A stretch of 64,000 nt of DNA from Mobula hypostoma. Taxonomy: Eukaryota. Of the stretch, positions 26,282-39,589 are shown one piece after another. A program made the translations under genes and the position numbers. The DNA is taken from NCBI RefSeq assembly GCF_963921235.1, contig NC_086097.1, positions 203,176,001 through 203,240,000 on the forward strand, in the 5' to 3' direction. The notes under the pieces are model-generated. The model was not told the DNA's origin and made no database searches. It saw only the letters and a list, made by a program, of their open reading frames with translations. Position 1 is the first letter of the stretch, and each line of letters begins with the position of its first letter.

Positions 26282-29200
26282 ATGACTAATTTATTGAATT
26301 TTTTGAGTTTTAATGTTAATGGGTTTACGGACCAGTGAAAAGAAGAAGAATCTTAACACGCATTAAGAAAATGAAGGTAGATATAGCCTTCTTGCAGGAA
26401 ACACACTTAACAGAAACAGAACATCAGAAATTAAAGAGAGACTGGGTGGGAAGTGTTGTTGCAGCTTCATTTAATTCAACAGCGAGGGGAGTAGCAATTT
26501 TGATCAATAAAACGTTACCAATTAGAATACAAAATGTAATAACTGATTCGGTGGGGAGATATGTGATTATACACTGGCAACTCTTCTCGAATTATGGACT
26601 CTCATGAATATTTATGCACCAAATGAAAACAATGCAAAATTTATACAAGAAGCCTTTTTGAATTTGGCTGATGCACATGATAAAATATTAATAGGTGGAG
26701 ACTTTAACTTTAGTCTAAACCCAGACTTAGATAGATCAACCAAGGCTGTTACAAAATCAAAATCAAAACTAACCTTATCATTGATGAAGGATTTAAACTT
26801 GATTGATATATGGAGAAGAATTAACCCCAAAGAAAGAGATTATTTGTTCTATTCTAATAGACATAAAACTTACTCAAGGATAGATTTTTTTCTATTATCA
26901 ATGAATATTCAAGAGTGAGTGAAAAATATGGAATATAAAGCAAAAATACTGTCAGATCATTCTCCTTTATTAATAACAATAATAATGACAGATAAGGAAG
27001 AAGCCACTTATAGATGGAGATTTAATTCAATATTATTAAAACGTCAAGATTTTTGTGATTTTATGAAAAAACAGATCCAATTTTTTTTGGATACAAACTC
27101 TCATTCAGTTGATGATAAATTTGTATTATGGGATGCCATGAAAGCATATTTGAGGGGTCAGATAATAAGTTATACTTCTAAAATTAAGAAGGAATATATG
27201 GTAGAACTAGACCAATTGGAAAAAGAGATTACAAAATTAGAAAAAGAATCTCAAAGACATATGATAGAAGAAAAACGAAGACAACTTGTCAATAAGAAGC
27301 TACAATATAATACGCTTCAGACATATCGAATGGAAAAGGCAATCGTGAGAACTAAGCAAAGGTATTATGAGTTAGGTGAGAGAGCACACAAAATTCTTGC
27401 TTGGCAGTTGAAAACAGAACAGGCTTCCAAAACAATAAATGCAATTAGAACAAGTGCAAATAAAATTACCTATAAACCTTCAGAAATTAATGAAACCTTT
27501 AAAAATTTCTACTCTGAATTATATCAATCGGAATCACAAAACGATGTTAATGAGATAGAAAGATTCTTATCACAAATAAACCTTCCAAAATTGAATTCAG
27601 AAGAACAGAAGGGATTAGATATGCGTTCTACATTAAAAGAGGTTGAAGAAGCTTTGGGATCACTTCAAAGTAATAAATCTCCAGGAGAGGATGGTTTTCC
27701 GCCTGAATTTTATAAAAAGTTTAAAGATTTATTAATTTCTCCTTTTATGGAGTTGATACATCAAGCGGAAAAAATACATAAACTTCCAGAATCTTTCACG
27801 ACAGCGATTGTAATAGTATTGCCAAAAAAAGATAGAGATCCTTTAAACCCAGCATCATATAGGCCTATTTCTTTGTTAAACACGGATTATAAAATAATAA
27901 CAAAAATTTTATCTAATAGATTATCTAAATATTTATCAAAATTAATACATATGGATCAAACAGGATTTATTAAAAATAGACAATTGGCAGGTAATGTAAC
28001 TCAGCTACTTAGTATTATTCACTTGGCACAAAAGAGGGAGGAAATGAGTATGGTAGTAGCCTTGGATGCAGAAAAAGCATTTGATAGATTGGAATGGGAT
28101 TTTTTATTTAAAGTATTAGAAAGATATGGGTTAGGAGTACCTTTTATAAACTGGATTAAAACCTTAAACACTAATCCTAACGCTAAAGTAGTGACAAATA
28201 GTCAAATTTCAACACCATTCCAGTTAAAAAGTTCAACTAGACAAGGTTGTCCATTATCACCTGCTTTATTTGTATTGGCGATAGAACCATTAGCAGAATT
28301 AATTAGAATTGATTCAGATATTAAGGGTTTTAGAGTTAATCAGGAGGAATATAAGATTAATTTATTTGCTGATGATGTTTTGATTTATTTAACAAACCCA
28401 CTGCATTCGTTACGTAAACTATCTTCTAGATTGGAAGAACATGGGAAAGTATCAGGGTATAAAATAAATTGGGATAAAAGTGAAATCTTACCTCTTACTA
28501 AAGGAGACTATAGTCAATGTCCATTAGCAACCCAGTTTAGATGGCCAATAAATGGTATGAAGTATTTAGGTATAAGACTTGATAATGATATAAAGAATTT
28601 ATATAAATTTAATTATTTACCGCTATCGAAAAAAATTCAAGAAGATCTTGACAAATGGGTGATATTACCAATAACATTAGTGGGAAGAGCCAATGCTGTA
28701 AAAATGAATATATTTCCTAGATTACAGTATTTGTTTCAAACATTACCAATACAATTGCCACAGAAATTTTTTCAAGAGATAAATAAATATGTCAGGAAAT
28801 TTCTTTGGAAAGGTAAGATGTCAAGAATATCGTTGGAAAAATTGACATGTAAATTTGAGTTAGGAGGGTTACAACTTCCAAATTTCAAGAATTATTATAA
28901 AGCAAATCAACTTAGATTTATTGCATCTTTCTTTGATGATGGAAAACCGGCATGGATTAGAATAGAATTAGATAAAATAGGAGAAAATACACCCGAAAAT
29001 TTTATATATAAATGGGAATCTAAATGGATACGGGAAAAGAAAGAATCTCCTATATTAAAACATTTGATTGATCTATGGAATAAGATAAATGATGATGATG
29101 AAATAAAGAAATCTTTATTAGCAAGGAGACCTTTAATTCAAAACAGACTTATTCCTTTTACAATGGATAATCAACTTTTATATAATTGGTACCAAAAAGC

Positions 29201-30051
29201 GATTAGATGTACAGGAGACTCTTATGAAGGAGGTATATTCATGTCATTTGAACAATTAATGAATAAATATAAAATATGAAATAACACTTTCTTTTGCTAC
29301 CTTCAATTAGGGCTTATTTAAGAGATAAACTGGGTCAAACAATGTTTTTGCCGAAACCTAATGAAGTTGAAACTTTAATTCAAAAAGGAAAAATTTTAAA
29401 AATTATTTCTTTTATGCATAATCTGATTCAAAAATAGACACTTAAACAAGGAATCCACAAGTTAAGACAAAAATGGGAAATGGATTTGAGTATTAATATT
29501 GATGAAACAAATTGATCAAGACTATGTCTTGACAGTATGACAAATACAATAAATGTTCGACTCATATTAGTACAGTATACTTTTTAGACCAATTATATAT
29601 TACACCACAAAAAATAAATAGATTAAATTCAAACTTATCTGATCAATGTTTTCGGTGTAAACAAGAAATTGGTACTTTTTTACATTCTACTTGGTCCTGT
29701 TCCAAAATTCAACCTTTTTGGATAAATTTAAGAGTTTTATTGAAACAAATTACTGGAACTCAACTTCCACATAACCTAATATTATTTTTATTAGGTGACA
29801 TTGAAGGAATAAAACCGAAATTTAAATTGAATAAATACCAGAAAGAATTTATAAAAATTGCATTAGCAGTAGCCAAGAAGGCTATTGCAGTTACTTGGAA
29901 ATCGGATTTGTATTTAAGTATGGATCATTGGAATAATGAAATTTTTAGCTGTATTCCACTTGAAAAAATTACTTATAATTTAAGAGATAAATATGATACA
30001 TTTTTGAATATTTGGCACCCTTATTTACAAAAGATAGGATGGTATATATAG
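26282..30051 (+). pseudogene. L1 ORF2p (APE endonuclease + RT + Cys-rich C-terminus), interrupted; longest open piece 26919..29279
   Basis: FLQETH, NIYAPN, GGDFN, SRIDFF, SDHSP, KSPGEDG, LDAEKAFD, RQGCPLSP, LFADD, KYLG. Confidence 0.92.
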
Positions 30052-30603
30052 GTGCTCCGATGATAAAGATGTTGGTCCTTTGGGGAAAGAAACAAACAAA
30101 TATATTAAATTTATTTCGAATCCCATGGAGCATGTGGGGACCTTCCAATATCCAGGCAGTCTTGCTCTTTTTTTTCCTTTTTTTCTTTTTCTTTCTTTTC
30201 TTTTAGGTAGGGGTATGTATCGGGGGGAGGGGGGAGGGTAGATATTATTATTCCATGTAACCAAGTTTGAAAACTCAATAAAAAATTATATTAAAAAAAA
30301 AGATCTGTGTGGATGAGTGTGCCTTCAAGAACATATTGGACATACCAAAACCAAAAGCCATGGATGAACCAGGGGATTCGTAGTCTGCTGAGGGCTAGAT
30401 CTGTGGCATTTAAGACCGGTGATCCAGAACTATACAAGAAGCCCAGGTACAACCTACTGAAGGCTATTTTAAGGGCAGAAAAACAATTTCCATAAAGTTA
30501 GACGCAAACAACAGGAATTCTGCAGATGCTGGAAATTCAAGCAACATACATCAAAGTTGCTGGTGAACGCAGCAGGCCAGGCAGCATCTATAGGAAGAGG
30601 CGC

Positions 30604-30639
30604 AGTCGACGTTTCAGGCTGAGACCCTTCGTCAGGACT
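30604..30639 (-). ncRNA. minimal hammerhead ribozyme motif (PRKDC sense)
   Basis: AGUC CUGACGA AGGGUCUCAGCCU GAAACGUC/GACU. Confidence 0.78.
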
Positions 30640-30686
30640 TCGTCCCCCTCCAGCTTTCAAATCCCTTACTCACTCTTCCTTCAGTT

Positions 30687-30722
30687 AGTCCTGACGAAGG
30701 GTCTCGGCCTGAAACGTCGACT
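30687..30722 (+). ncRNA. minimal hammerhead ribozyme motif
   Basis: AGUC CUGACGA AGGGUCUCGGCCU GAAACGUC/GACU. Confidence 0.8.
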
Positions 30723-32566
30723 GCGCCTCTTCCTATAGATGCTGCCTGGCCTGCTGCGTTCACCAGCAACTTTGATGTATGTTCCATAAAGTTAGAGATA
30801 GGATCAGATGCACATCATCTCTGGTAGAGTTTGCAGGCTATTCATTACTTCCAAAAAGGTGAAACATATCATCATGAATGGCTGTGATGCTCCTAGATGA
30901 GCTCAACACCTTTCATAAACGCTTTGAAAGGGAAAATAAAACTACGCCTGTGTGACTCCCTGCTGCATCCAGTGACCCTGTGATTACTGTCTCAGAGGCT
31001 GACATCAGAATATATTTCAAGGTGGTGAACTCTCGAAAGGCATTAGGCCCTGATACCTGATAGATCACCGGAAACAACAGGCTGGAGAATTCAAGGACAT
31101 CTTCAGTCTCTCACTGCTGCAGTCAGAGGTTCCCAGCTGCTTCAAAAGGACGACAATCATTATCAATGCCCAAGAAGAGCAGGATGAGCTGCCTCAACGA
31201 CTATCGACCAGTAGCACTCACATCTACTGTGATGAAGTGCTTTGAGAGGTTGGTCATGGCTAGAATAAACTCCTCTCTAAGGAAGGACCTGGACCCACTA
31301 CAATATAACCACAATATGTCTACAGTAGGTGCAACCTCACTGGCTCTCCACACTGCCTTGGATAGCAATTCCTATGTCAAGCTGCTGTTTAATGATTACA
31401 GCTCAGCATTCAGCACAATCAAACCCTCAGTTCTAATCAACACACTTCAAACCCCAGCTGAATTTCAGATGGTGTTATTGAGGCATACAGAAGCAAGATA
31501 GATCAGCTGGTTGTGAGATATCACAACAATATCAGTAAGACCAAGGAATTGACTGTGGACTTCAGGAAGGAGAAGATGATGGAACACACACCAGTCTCAT
31601 CAGAGATGGAACGGGTGAGCAGTTTCAAGTTCCTGCGTGTCAGCATCTCTGTAGATCTGTCTTGGGTCCAACGTTTTGATGCAATTACAAAGAAAGTACA
31701 ATGCAACTACATTTCATTCAGAGTGCAAAGAGACTTGGTATGTCACTAAAGACTCTCGCAAACTTCTACAGGCGTACCGTGCAGAGCATTCTAACTGGTT
31801 GCATCACCATCTGATATGGTGGGGTACTGCACAGGATTGGAAAAAGCTGCAGAAAGTTGTAAACTCATTTCTATCATGGGTACAAGCCTCTCTGGCATCG
31901 AGGACACCTTCAAAAGATGACACCTCAAAAAGGCAGCATCTATCATTAAGGAACCCCATCACTCAGGACATGCCCTCTTCTCATTGCTATCATCAACGAG
32001 GTAGTACAGAAGCCTGAAGACAATCAATGTCTCAGGAATAGCTTCTTCCCCTCTGCCATCAGCTTTCTGAATGGACAACAAACCATACTTCACTATTACT
32101 TTTCCTCTCTTTTTGCACTACTTAATTTATTTTTATATATGTTTCTTATTGTAATTTATAGTTCTTTTAATTATTATGTATTGCAACGAACTACTACCAC
32201 AAAACAACAGATTTCTTGACATACAGTATTCCAGTGATATTGAACTTGATTCTGAATCTGTTACAAAAATCTATTTTCTATCTTCACAAAACTAGGTCTC
32301 ATTACTCTAGCACTGGAGGTAAAGACTAGTCTAGAGAAATACTTGGGACCCATTTGCTTACAAAAATGTTCTTCGTTATTCTGTGATTTCAAAATGGGAA
32401 AGTGATAGAACAGTTCAATTCTACCTATGATCCAGCAATAGGCTCAAATATACCCTTAGTAGACACTTCTAAGTTAGTCAGCTTCCTCATCTCTCAGACA
32501 CAGAATAGTTTATTGTGCAAAATGGTAAGAGAAAGAAGAAACGTGAAAGGCATTTAATTTCATTAC

Positions 32567-32726
32567 CTGGAAATACTTAATCTTTTTGGCAATTTTCATT
32601 ACAACTGACAGAAGTTTGTAAAATCCACTGACGAGGGGAAATTGTGTTGATCGCAGAATGAGCTCATGTCCAAATCTGTACATCCAATGTTCAAAGTACT
32701 CGGTGTGATTTTCCAATAACAATTCC
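32567..32726 (-). CDS. PRKDC: DNA-PKcs exon (~exon 18), 160 nt
   Basis: cag|G+[53 protein letters not shown]|gtaatg. Confidence 0.96.
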
Positions 32727-33366
32727 CTGATTCAAAAGTGAAGATAATTAAATTCTCCAGATTGACACAGATACACAATGTTCTCCAGCGCATCCATGCT
32801 ATGATGCCACCAATCTAGACCAAAAATACTAATAATTATTTGAATAAAGAATATATTTCAAACACAATGTTAGTTATTTAATAGTAATTATGCACAGAGT
32901 ATGCCAAAGTTCGAGTTAAGAGCAACTGGGCATGAAATAAATACTATCCAGTTAAATTCTAGTGCTCAGAAATCCATTACTAATTATGGTGCAGAAGAGC
33001 ATTTTCAAAAGTCAGTCTCAGTGATTGAATTCTCAAGCCATATAAGTAATCTTATGATTCTGAGCTTGAGCTCAAGAAAGTCAGACACAATCCACTCTAC
33101 ATAGGACCAGGAAGGAATACTGTGCTTGTAAGTAGATTCCCTACCAGATAAGACCAATGGTAAAGACCACACTAACACTGAGAGCTAATTATACATTTAT
33201 AAGGCAAAGGAACTACTGACTGATTTTAAATATATAAAATGGGGACGTCAAAGCACTGACATACGATAGCAATCAAGTCAATGGCTACAAATACAGATAC
33301 ATACAATGTGATAATTGTATTCAAAAATAATTAAGATGAAATCTTTTCTGCTGCTTTCACACTTAC

Positions 33367-33482
33367 CCACAGAATTCTACCAAATTGATGAAGGCAGTAA
33401 AATCTTTTGGTTTAGTTGGGTGCATATTAGCTGCTGGGTCAGATGTGGGAATTACTATGGTACTGCTGATGTCACCGGACCC
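33367..33482 (-). CDS. PRKDC: DNA-PKcs exon (~exon 17), 116 nt
   Basis: cag|[38 protein letters not shown]+GG|gtaagt. Confidence 0.96.
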
Positions 33483-33762
33483 CTGCAAATCAACCAAAGA
33501 CCTTCAGTCATGGCATAAGCTTCAACATTTTGTTTTATATTTATTTTCTAAATTAGATTTGCTGGCTAATCAATTAACCATTTCCTGTTATATTTAACTG
33601 GGAAATGACAAATCAATTTATGGATGCATATATTAATCAGCAAGCCTGTTTTTCAGGCAAAGAAATTAAAGAAACATTGCTATGGCTGTTGACAATATTC
33701 AAAATTTCTAAAGTTAAAATCGGATTACATATCAGAACAAAGACATTAAAAAAGTATAATAC

Positions 33763-33915
33763 CCCTTCTTCATTTGGGTTTTGCTTATCCACAGTCAGAT
33801 CCAACTTCTCAATAATCTTGAGCACTGATTTAATAAACTCATCATACAGCAGACGATTTAATGACTTCAGGGGTGATTCACTGATCTGCAATGTCTCCTC
33901 AATCAATCCGGATAC
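33763..33915 (-). CDS. PRKDC: DNA-PKcs exon (~exon 16), 153 nt
   Basis: aag|VSGLIEETLQISESPLKSLNRLLYDEFIKSVLKIIEKLDLTVDKQNPNEEG|gtatta. Confidence 0.92.
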
Positions 33916-34299
33916 CTTAAATATATATAAAATTTCATTTTTTTCACAATACAGGACATTTCATTCCTTTCAGAATGCAGCAAATGACATATCACAATTC
34001 AACCACAAATGCTTGAGGTAGTATTTACCACTTCTTGATAATTTAGGAAAGAAATTGTAGTTTTGCTCCACTTCTGCTTATTTTTATCTACATCTACAGA
34101 TGGAATATACAGATTACCACCAGAAGGCAGGTGAGGGACAATGACATTCCATATAAACAAAAGCAGAAAAGATTGAAATGAAACTGAAAGGTTAGAGGTA
34201 AAAGATGGATCACCAATCCAAGACACTCTTCTGTGTACTTTTGATCTAGGAATGAGAGTGTCCTTAGGACAATTTTGCAGAAACTGTATTCAACCTTTG

Positions 34300-35040
34300 A
34301 AGCTTTACAGATAACCAAGGGATGGGGCTGAGAAGTTGGGAGAATAAATAGGTTATTTTAAGGCACCCTGTCATCTTGGAGACAACAGGGTTGTAAAGAA
34401 GAATGCCTTCATTAGTTGAGGCATTGAGTCCAAGAGCTATTAAGTTATGTTACAGCTTTCTAAAACTTTGGTTTGTCTACATTTGGAGCATGCATTCAAT
34501 TCTTGATCACCATTTTATATAAAGGGTGTGGAGGCTTTAGAGTGAGTACGGAAGAGGTTTACCAGCATGCTACTAGATTAGAGGGGATGTGCTACAAAGA
34601 GAGGTTGGACAAACTTGAGCTGTTTTCTTTAGAGTGACAGAGGCTGAGAAGAGACCTGATGGAAGTTGAAAAGATCATGAGAGACAGAGAGTAGACACCT
34701 GGTACTTCTGACAAGGGTTAAAATATCTAATGTTACAGGGGAATGAATTTAAGATGAGAGGGGTAAATTCAAAGGAGATGTGAGGGGCAGATTTCTTTGC
34801 CTCTCGAGAGCGGGTTGGTGCCTAAAATGTGCAGCCAAGATCATATTGAGGCAAATATGATGAGACATTTAAGAGGCTCTTAGATAGGCACATGGATGTA
34901 CACAGAATGGAAGGTTACATACACTGCGTACGCAGTAGGAATTAGTTTAGTCTGGCATTTAATCACCAGTTCAATTTGTTTAGCAGACATCATGGCCAAA
35001 GGGCCTGTTCCTGTGCCATCCTGTTTCATGTCCTATGTTC
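34300..35040 (+). mobile_element. decayed CR1 3' end
   Basis: aligns by eye to 38150-38920; ends tcatgtcctatgttc. Confidence 0.7.
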
Positions 35041-36190
35041 GAATAGCACAAGGGATAAAAGTATAAGAAATTTATTGAAAACCAGATAAATACAACTCCT
35101 AGTTCTTGAAAGATACTTAATCTGAAATTCCCAATGGGGCATCACAATGAATATTCTTGGCAGCAATAGACATAACTAAAAAGGTGGAAATTTTATTACC
35201 AAGATTTAGCACCTGAATAAATTTATGCCAAAAAAAATTAGGAGGTCTATAGTTAGGGGGTCAGACAGGCGATTCAGTGAATGCAGGAAAGAAGCACTGA
35301 TAGTAGTTTGCCTCCCAGGTGCCAGGGTCTGGGATGTTTCTGATCGCGTCCATGATATCCTTAAGTGGGAAGGAGAACAGCCAGAGGTCGTGATACATAT
35401 TGGTACGAACAACATAGGCAGGAAAAGGGAGGAGGCCCTGAAAGCAGACTACAGGGAGTCACCTCAGGATTACTGCCTGTGCCACGTGACAGTGAGTATA
35501 GGAATAGAGTGAGGTGGAGGATAAATGTGTGGCTGAGGGACTGGAGCAGGGGTCAGGGATTCAGATTTCTGGATCATTGGGATGTCTTTTGGGGCAGAGG
35601 TGACCTGGTACAAAAAGGACAGTTTGCACTTGAATCCCAGGGGGACCAATATCCTGGCGGGGAGGTTTGCTAAGGCTGTTGGGGAGAGTTTAAACTAGGA
35701 TTGCTGGAGGGGTGGGAACCAAATTGAAGAGCCGAAGGAAGAGGCGAATAGAGAAATAGAGAAATAGAGAAAGCTTGGAAACAGTGTGAGAGGGAGGATA
35801 GGCAGGTGATTGAGAAGGGACACGCTCAGACCGATGGTTTGAGATGTGTCTATTTTAATGCAAGGAGTATTATGAACGAAGTGGATGAGCTTACAGCGTG
35901 GATCAGTACTTGGAGCTATGATGTTGTGGCCATTACAGAGACTTGGATGGCTCAGGGGCAGGAATGGTTACTTTGAGTGCCAGGCTATAGATGTTTCAGA
36001 GAGGACCGGGAGGGAGGCAAAAGAGGTGAGGGCATGGCACTGTTGATCAGAGATAGTGTCACGGCGACAGAAAAGGAGAAAGTCATAGAGGGAAACAACA
36101 GGAATTCTGCAGATGCTGGAAATTCAAGCAACACACATCAAAGTTGCTGGTGAACGCAGCAGGCCAAGCAGCATCTGTAGGAAGAGGTGC

Positions 36191-36226
36191 AGTCGACGTT
36201 TCAGGCCGAGACCCTTCATCAGGACT
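36191..36226 (-). ncRNA. minimal hammerhead ribozyme motif (PRKDC sense)
   Basis: AGUC CUGAUGA AGGGUCUCGGCCU GAAACGUC/GACU. Confidence 0.8.
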
Positions 36227-36233
36227 CACGAAG

Positions 36234-36269
36234 GGTCCTGACGAAGGGTCTCGGCCTGAAACGTTGACT
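36234..36269 (+). ncRNA. minimal hammerhead motif, GUU-triplet variant
   Basis: GGUC CUGACGA AGGGUCUCGGCCU GAAACGUU/GACU. Confidence 0.7.
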
Positions 36270-39009
36270 GCACCTCTTCCTACAAGTCATAGAGGGGTTG
36301 TCTACGGAGTCTCTGTGGATGGAAGTTAGGAATAGGAAGGGGTCAATAACTCTACTGAGTGTTTTTTATAGACCACCAATAGTAACAGGGACATCGAGGA
36401 GCAGATAGGGAGACAGATTCTGGAAAAGTGTAATAACAACAGGGTTGTCGTAGTGGGATATTTTAATATCCCAAATGTGATTGGCATATCCCCAGAACAA
36501 GGGGCTTAGATGGTGTGTTCAGGAAGGTTTCTTGACACAATATGTAGATATGCCTACAAGAGAAGCTGTACTTGATCTGGTATTGGGAAATGAACCTGGT
36601 CAGGTGTCAAGTCTCTCAGTGGGAGAGCATTTTGGAGATAGTGATCACAATTCTATTCCCTTTACCATAGCATTGGAGAGGGAAAGGAACAGACAAGTTA
36701 GGAAAGTGTTTAATTGGAGTAAGGGGAAATATGAGGCTATCAGGCAGGAGCTTGGAAGCATAAATTGGGAACAGGTGTTCTGAGGGAAACGTACAGAAGA
36801 AATGTGGCAAATGTTCAGGTGATATTTGTGTGGAGTTCTGCATAGGTACGTTCCAATGAAACAGGGAAAGGACGATAGGGTACAGGAACCGTGGTGTACA
36901 AAGGCTGTTGTAAATCTAGTCAAGAAGAAAAGAAGAGCTTACGAAAGGTTCAAAAAGCTAGGTAATGATAGAGATCTAGAAGATTATAAGGCAAGCAGGA
37001 ACGAGCTGAAGAAGGAAATTAGGAGAGCCAGAAGGGGCCAATGAGAAGGCCTTGACAGACAGGATTAAGGAAAACCCCAAAGCATTCTACAAGGATGTGA
37101 AGAGCAAGAGGACAAGGCACGAGAGAATAGGACCAATCAAGTGTGACAGTGGGAAAGTGTGTATGGAACCGAAGGAGATAGCAGAGGTACTTACTGAGTA
37201 CTTTCCTTCAGTATTCACTACGGAAAAGGATCTTGGCGATTGTAGGGATGACTTACAGCAGACTGAAAAGCTTGAGCATGTAGATATTAAGAAAGAGGAT
37301 GTGCTGGAGCTTTTGGAAAGCATCAAGTTGGGTAAGTCACCATGACTGGACGAGATATACTCCAGGCTACTGTGGGAGGCAAGGGAGGAGATTGCTGAGC
37401 CTCTGGCAATGATCTTTAAATCATGAATGGGGACAGGAGAGGTTCCAGAGGATTGGAGGGTTGCAGATGTTGTTCTATTATTCAAGAAAGGGAGTAGAGA
37501 TAGCCCAGGATATTATAGACCAGTGAGTCTTACTTTAGTAGTCAGTAAGTTGATGGAGAAGATCCTGAGAGGCAGGATTTATGAACATCTGGAGAGGCAT
37601 AATATGGTTAAGAATAGTCAGCATGGCTTTGTGAAAGGCAGGTTGTGCCTTATGAGCCTGATAGAATTTTTTGAGGATGTGACTAAACACATTGATGAAG
37701 GTAGAGCAGATGATGTAGTATATATGGATTTCAGCAAGGCATCTGATAAGGTACCCCATGCAAGGCTTATTGAGAAAGCAAGGAGGCATGGGATCCAAGG
37801 AGACAGTGCTTTGTGGATCCAGAAGTGGCTTGCCCACAGAAGGCAAAGAGTGGTTGTAGACAGGTCATATTCTGCATGGAGGTCGGTGACCAGTGGTGTG
37901 CCTCAGGGATCTGTTCTGAGACCCTTACTCTTCATGATTTTTATAAATGACCTGGATGCAGAAGTGGAGGGATGGGTTAGTAAATTTGCTGATGACACCA
38001 AGGTTGGGGGTGTTGTGGAAAGTGTGGAAGGCTGGCAGAGGTTACAGCGGGGCATTGATAGGATGCAAAACTGAGCTGAGAAGTGGCAGATGGAGTTCAA
38101 TCCAGATAAGTGTGAGGTAGTTCATTTTGGTAGGTCAAAATGATGAGAATATAGTATTAATAGTAAGACTCTTGGCAGTGTGGAGGATCACAGGGATCTT
38201 GGGGTCCGAGTCCATAGGATACTCAAAGCTGCGGCGCAGGTTGACTCTGTGGTTAAGAAAGCATATGGTGTATTGGCCTTCATCAATCGTGGGATTCAGC
38301 TTAGGAGCCGAGAAGTAATGTTACAGCTATATAGGACCCTGGTCAGGCCCCACTCGGAGCACTGTGCTCAGTTCTGGTTGCCTCACTACAGGAAGGACGT
38401 GGAAACCATGGAAAGGGTGCAGAGGAGACTTACAAGGGTGGTGCCTGGATTGGGAAGTACACCTTATGAGAATAGGTTGAGTGATCTTGGCCTTTTTACT
38501 TTGGAGCGACGGAGGATGAGAGGTGACCTGATAGAGGTGTATAAGATGATGAGAGGCATTGATCGTGTGGATAGTCAGAGGCTTTTTCCCAGGGCTGGAC
38601 TGACTAGCACGAGAGGGCACAGCTTTAAGGTGCTTGGAAGTAGGTACAGAGGAGATGTCAGGGGTTATTTATCTATTTGTTTGTTTGTTTGTTTATTTAA
38701 TTTTTTTTTTACGCAGAGAGTGGTGAGTGCATGGAATGGGCTGCCTGCGACAGTGATGGACGCGGATATGATAGGGTCTTTTAGAAACTCCTAGACAGAT
38801 ATATGGAGCTCAGAAAAATAGAGGGCTATGGGTAACCCTAGGTAATTTCTCAGGTAAGGACATGTTCGGCACAGCTTTGTGGGCCGAAGGGCTTGTATTG
38901 TGCTGTAGGTTTTCTATGTTTCTAAGCAGATTGTTTTTTTAAAGTCTCCATTCTGTACTGCACCCATCATTCTGATTCCATTTTGAACACAGTAGCATGT
39001 TAAAATGTG

Positions 39010-39540
39010 AGGTGTGAGGCCTTCTGCCGGTTGGTGTTGACCATGCATATTGTGTCATATGCAAGCCTGGGCAGTACAATATGGAGAGTGAGCTGTTGGC
39101 CAGGTACCAGGATCCTCCTCTCCGTGCAGCTGATGAACCCAAAGGAATGGCAGAGGCCAAAACAGTTTGGCACCAGCACCGTTGGGACTGTGTGGGACTG
39201 CCTTAGGGACTCCAGCTCTAGATTTCTCCCCAGGTTTATTTCCATTGCCTTCCCCATGAGCAGGTATAGTCGCAAGGTAGTGGAGGTTTGAGATCAGAGT
39301 GTTCCTTCTCCTAGGTGAGCTGCCAACCATGGCTGACGAGCCACAGCTGCCCTAAGCGACAGGTTCTATGACACCAATAACCCACCTTTGCCCCTTCTCC
39401 TGTCAGAAGAAACAGTCCATCAGACAGTAGCTAAGTGACACATGAAGGCCAGGAACTGGACTTGGCTGTCAAAGGTTGTTTGAATCGCACACCAATGGGA
39501 GTGTTTTACACGAACGTTTGTAGATAGTAGGAGCCCGGCT
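39010..39540 (-). mobile_element. RTE-clade LINE-derived 5' region / non-autonomous remnant
   Basis: minus-strand ggctcgtcagccatggttggcagctcacctaggagaagg resembles RTE 5' regions as recalled; no intact ORF. Confidence 0.45.
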
Positions 39541-39589
39541 GTGTCAACCTATGGTTAAAATGCACTAAACTCATATCAGATGAGGATAC

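Larger units (their letters stand above)
24522..30299 (+). mobile_element. full-length L1-clade LINE (~5.8 kb) with disrupted ORF1 and ORF2
   Basis: 16-bp TSD aagatctgtgtggatg (24506-24521, 30300-30315); G-rich 5' end; 3' UTR G-tract, AATAAA and poly(A). Confidence 0.95.
30503..30781. mobile_element. Penelope-like fold-back insertion with ~15-bp TSD
   Basis: TSD ttccataaagttaga at 30488-30502 and 30782-30796; inverted arms ~30543-30639 / 30687-30783. Confidence 0.88.
23920..32260 (+). mobile_element. long Rex/Babar LINE hosting L1 and Penelope insertions
   Basis: EN (RGGICFMIN, IVGDFNQASL), [20 protein letters not shown]-terminus and tail are collinear across the inserts. Confidence 0.85.
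36093..36283. mobile_element. 191-bp Penelope-like fold-back insertion with 13-bp TSD
   Basis: TSD aagtcatagaggg at 36080-36092 and 36284-36296. Confidence 0.88.
35240..38924 (+). mobile_element. near full-length CR1 LINE (esterase ORF1 + EN-RT ORF2 with stops/frameshifts)
   Basis: CLPGARV..VIHIGTNNIG; LDLVLGN..SDHN; RT 37427..38074 ([16 protein letters not shown]); tail ttctatgtttcta. Confidence 0.92.

Noticed and set aside
26919..29279. 786-aa ORF, the longest in the window, as a host gene or active retrotransposon
   Set aside because: It is the middle of L1 ORF2, cut off by stops and frameshifts on both sides.
38666..38710. T-rich insert inside CR1 ORF2
   Set aside because: Simple (TTTG/TTTA)n microsatellite expansion of a T-run.
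39582..39589. U12-like donor GTATCCTC at the intron after exon 15
   Set aside because: No TCCTTAAC-type branch point near the acceptor at 33916, so minor-spliceosome status is not supported.
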